Of a DNA stretch of 57,946 bases, positions 56,344-57,946 are shown piece after piece; position 1 is the stretch's first letter; every line of letters begins with the position of its first letter. Made by a program: the position numbers and the translations under genes. The notes under the pieces are model-generated. The model worked only from the letters and a program-made list of their open reading frames with translations, was not told where the DNA came from and searched no databases. The DNA is from Candidatus Parcubacteria bacterium (GTDB lineage: Bacteria; Patescibacteriota; Minisyncoccia; Phycocordibacterales; PALSA-1337). The DNA lies in the NCBI GenBank assembly GCA_028286835.1, contig JAQBQT010000011.1, positions 71,246-129,191 of the forward strand, in the 5' to 3' direction.

Positions 56344-57114
56344 CTAGGCCGTCAGGATCTCCGCGTCCCCTTTCGTTATCAGAATAGTGTGCTCGAAATG
56401 CGCACTCGGGCTGCCGTCCGCAGTCCTGTATGTGTAGCCGTCTTTGTTATCGAGGACGATCTCCGATGTGCCGAGGTTGAACATCGGCTCGATGGCTATG
56501 ACCATGCCGGGCTTGAGGAGCTCCCCTTTTCCAGGCTCGCCATAGTTGGGCACATATGGGTCTTCATGCACTTCATAGCCAACTCCGTGGCCCGAAAGCT
56601 CTTCGACGATGCCATAACCGGCAGCGACGCCCACAAGCTCGATGGCACTCGAGATGTCTCCGACCCGTTTGCCACCCTTGGCCGCTTTGATGCCGGCCAT
56701 AAGGGCTTTCTTTGTCGTCTCAAGAAGCTTCTCCAGCTCAGGGCTGATCTTGCCCACCGCTACAGTAACGGCCCCGTCGGTTATAAGATCCTTTTTGATG
56801 AGGCCCAGGTCGAGCGAGACGATATCTCCCTCGTTAAGGACGCGATTATTCTCATTCGGGATGCCATGGACCACTTCATCATTCACCGAGACGCAGAGAG
56901 CTGCCGGATATGGCCGATCGGCACCATACGGCTGATAGTCCAGGAAAGCGGCCCTGTCGCCTTCCTCGGCGATGAGCGCACGAGCGCGATCCTCAAGCTC
57001 GAGCGTCGTGATGCCCGGCTTCACCATGGCGGCAAGCTCGCGCAGGATGGCGGCATGGCGATGCCCGCCCTCGCGAAGGACGGCTATGTCTTTCTTTGTC
57101 TTGATCCTGATCAT
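56344..57114 (-). CDS. map: Methionine aminopeptidase type I
   Basis: CVSVNDEVVHGIP, GDIVSLDLG, DGAVT, GHGVG..VHEDP, AIEPM, SAHFEHT. Confidence 0.97.
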   Translation of the reverse strand: MIRIKTKKDIAVLREGGHRHAAILRELAAMVKPGITTLELEDRARALIAEEGDRAAFLDYQPYGADRPYPAALCVSVNDEVVHGIPNENNRVLNEGDIVSLDLGLIKKDLITDGAVTVAVGKISPELEKLLETTKKALMAGIKAAKGGKRVGDISSAIELVGVAAGYGIVEELSGHGVGYEVHEDPYVPNYGEPGKGELLKPGMVIAIEPMFNLGTSEIVLDNKDGYTYRTADGSPSAHFEHTILITKGDAEILTA

Positions 57115-57123
57115 ATCTAGAGC

Positions 57124-57729
57124 CTACGATAGGCCGATGCGCTTGGCAATGTCGGCATGTATCTCCTCTACCGAGCGCTCGCCGTCTATGTCGAGGAATG
57201 TGACACCCGGATGCGCGCGGTACCATTCGATGGTCGGGATGACATCTGACTCATAGGCGACCTTGCGCACCTCCATAGCGGCAGCGTGGTCATCAGCGCG
57301 GCCGCTCGTCTTGGCGCGGAGAAGAAGTCGCTTGTGCGATTCCTCATGTTCGACATCGAGGTATATGACGTACGGCTTGCCGAGCCCATAAAACGGGAAA
57401 AGCCCATCAAGGAGCTTTGCCTCCAGAAGCTTGCGCGGGGTTCCGTCAAAGACCATATGTTCCGTGCCCGTATAGTTGTCGCCTATGAGCGTCGCCCACA
57501 GATATACGCACATGAATTCTGGCATGAGCGACCCGCCGTCGATCGTCTTCTTGGTAAGCGCCGCGGTATAAGTAGTCCTCTTTGAAAAGTTCCGGAATTC
57601 CTGTCCTGTCTGGATATACAAAGGAGGATGTTCGGGATTCTGCTCCCGCAGCTGCTTGATTAAGAGCTCTGCCTGCGTGCCCTTCCCTGCGCCATAGCGT
57701 CCGACGAAGATGAATGCTTGAGGAGTCAT
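57124..57729 (-). CDS. adk: Adenylate kinase (short LID type)
   Basis: GRYGAGKGTQA P-loop, FDGTPRK, GRADD. Conserved secY-adk-map order. Confidence 0.88.
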   Translation of the reverse strand: MTPQAFIFVGRYGAGKGTQAELLIKQLREQNPEHPPLYIQTGQEFRNFSKRTTYTAALTKKTIDGGSLMPEFMCVYLWATLIGDNYTGTEHMVFDGTPRKLLEAKLLDGLFPFYGLGKPYVIYLDVEHEESHKRLLLRAKTSGRADDHAAAMEVRKVAYESDVIPTIEWYRAHPGVTFLDIDGERSVEEIHADIAKRIGLS

Positions 57730-57744
57730 GATGCGACGATTATA

Positions 57745-57857
57745 ACACGAACAGACTTGGCTCCGAAGAGACTTTCGGAGGCCGAAGAGGCCGAGAACGA
57801 GACGCGGCCCCAGCAGGGGCCGACGTCGTGCTCTGAGGAGACAGAGTCCGTTCGTGC
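57745..57857 (-). other. Highly structured intergenic palindromic element
   Basis: 13-bp closing helix (GCACGAACGGACT / AGTCTGTTCGTGT) enclosing several GC-rich hairpins. Confidence 0.6.
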
Positions 57858-57858
57858 T

Positions 57859-57946
57859 TTAGTATTCGCGCATCGCCACCTGAGCGTCTATCTTCTTCTG
57901 GAGATCGAGCATGACTGACACGACGATGAGGAGGGCTGTACCGCCG
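57859..57946 (-). CDS. secY: Preprotein translocase SecY, C-terminus only
   Basis: Manual translation gives GGTALLIVVSVMLDLQKKIDAQVAMREY-stop. Confidence 0.93.
   Translation of the reverse strand, partial: GGTALLIVVSVMLDLQKKIDAQVAMREY

Overview
A 58-kb bacterial chromosome segment read in genetic code 11. Gene content and style point to a Patescibacteria/CPR (Parcubacteria-like) genome; this is an inference. It shows a type IV pilus locus with no secretin in the window, few Shine-Dalgarno sites and a DUF5652-type small membrane protein. From left to right: gatC (partial), ligA, and a roughly 15-kb type IV pilus locus (seven pilin-like genes, pilD, pilC, pilT, an orphan receiver, pilB, pilP-like, pilO, pilN, pilM) with a divergent comF. 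A GT2 plus GT-C (STT3/AglB-like) fusion gene sits among the pilins. Next come tyrS, nfi, tRNA-Ser(GCU), mutY and recG, then a roughly 20-kb lower-GC surface-glycan island: DUF1616-like, GT2, seven GT4 modules in four genes, two DUF2206-like membrane proteins, an FkbM methyltransferase, two clan GH-A hydrolases and a flippase. The island ends at a tRNA-Ile with the rare UAU anticodon. After ftsH lies an accessory patch downstream of the tmRNA 3' end, containing a phage-like protein, a tiny acidic protein, a stand-alone Clp N-domain, a proteasome-beta-like Ntn protein and two 71-bp direct repeats that resemble the tmRNA 3' end. The window closes with ssrA, smpB, a cls-like PLD, infC-rpmI-rplT, a miniature TrpC-like barrel, a beta-CASP nuclease, a putative compact 6S RNA, ndk, map, adk and secY (partial). 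The strongest leads are the possible single-polypeptide pilin glycosylation enzyme, the tRNA-Ile(UAU), the ssrA-anchored repeat-delimited cassettes with proteolysis-related genes, and the 6S RNA. All family assignments come from motif recognition by eye; no database searches were run.
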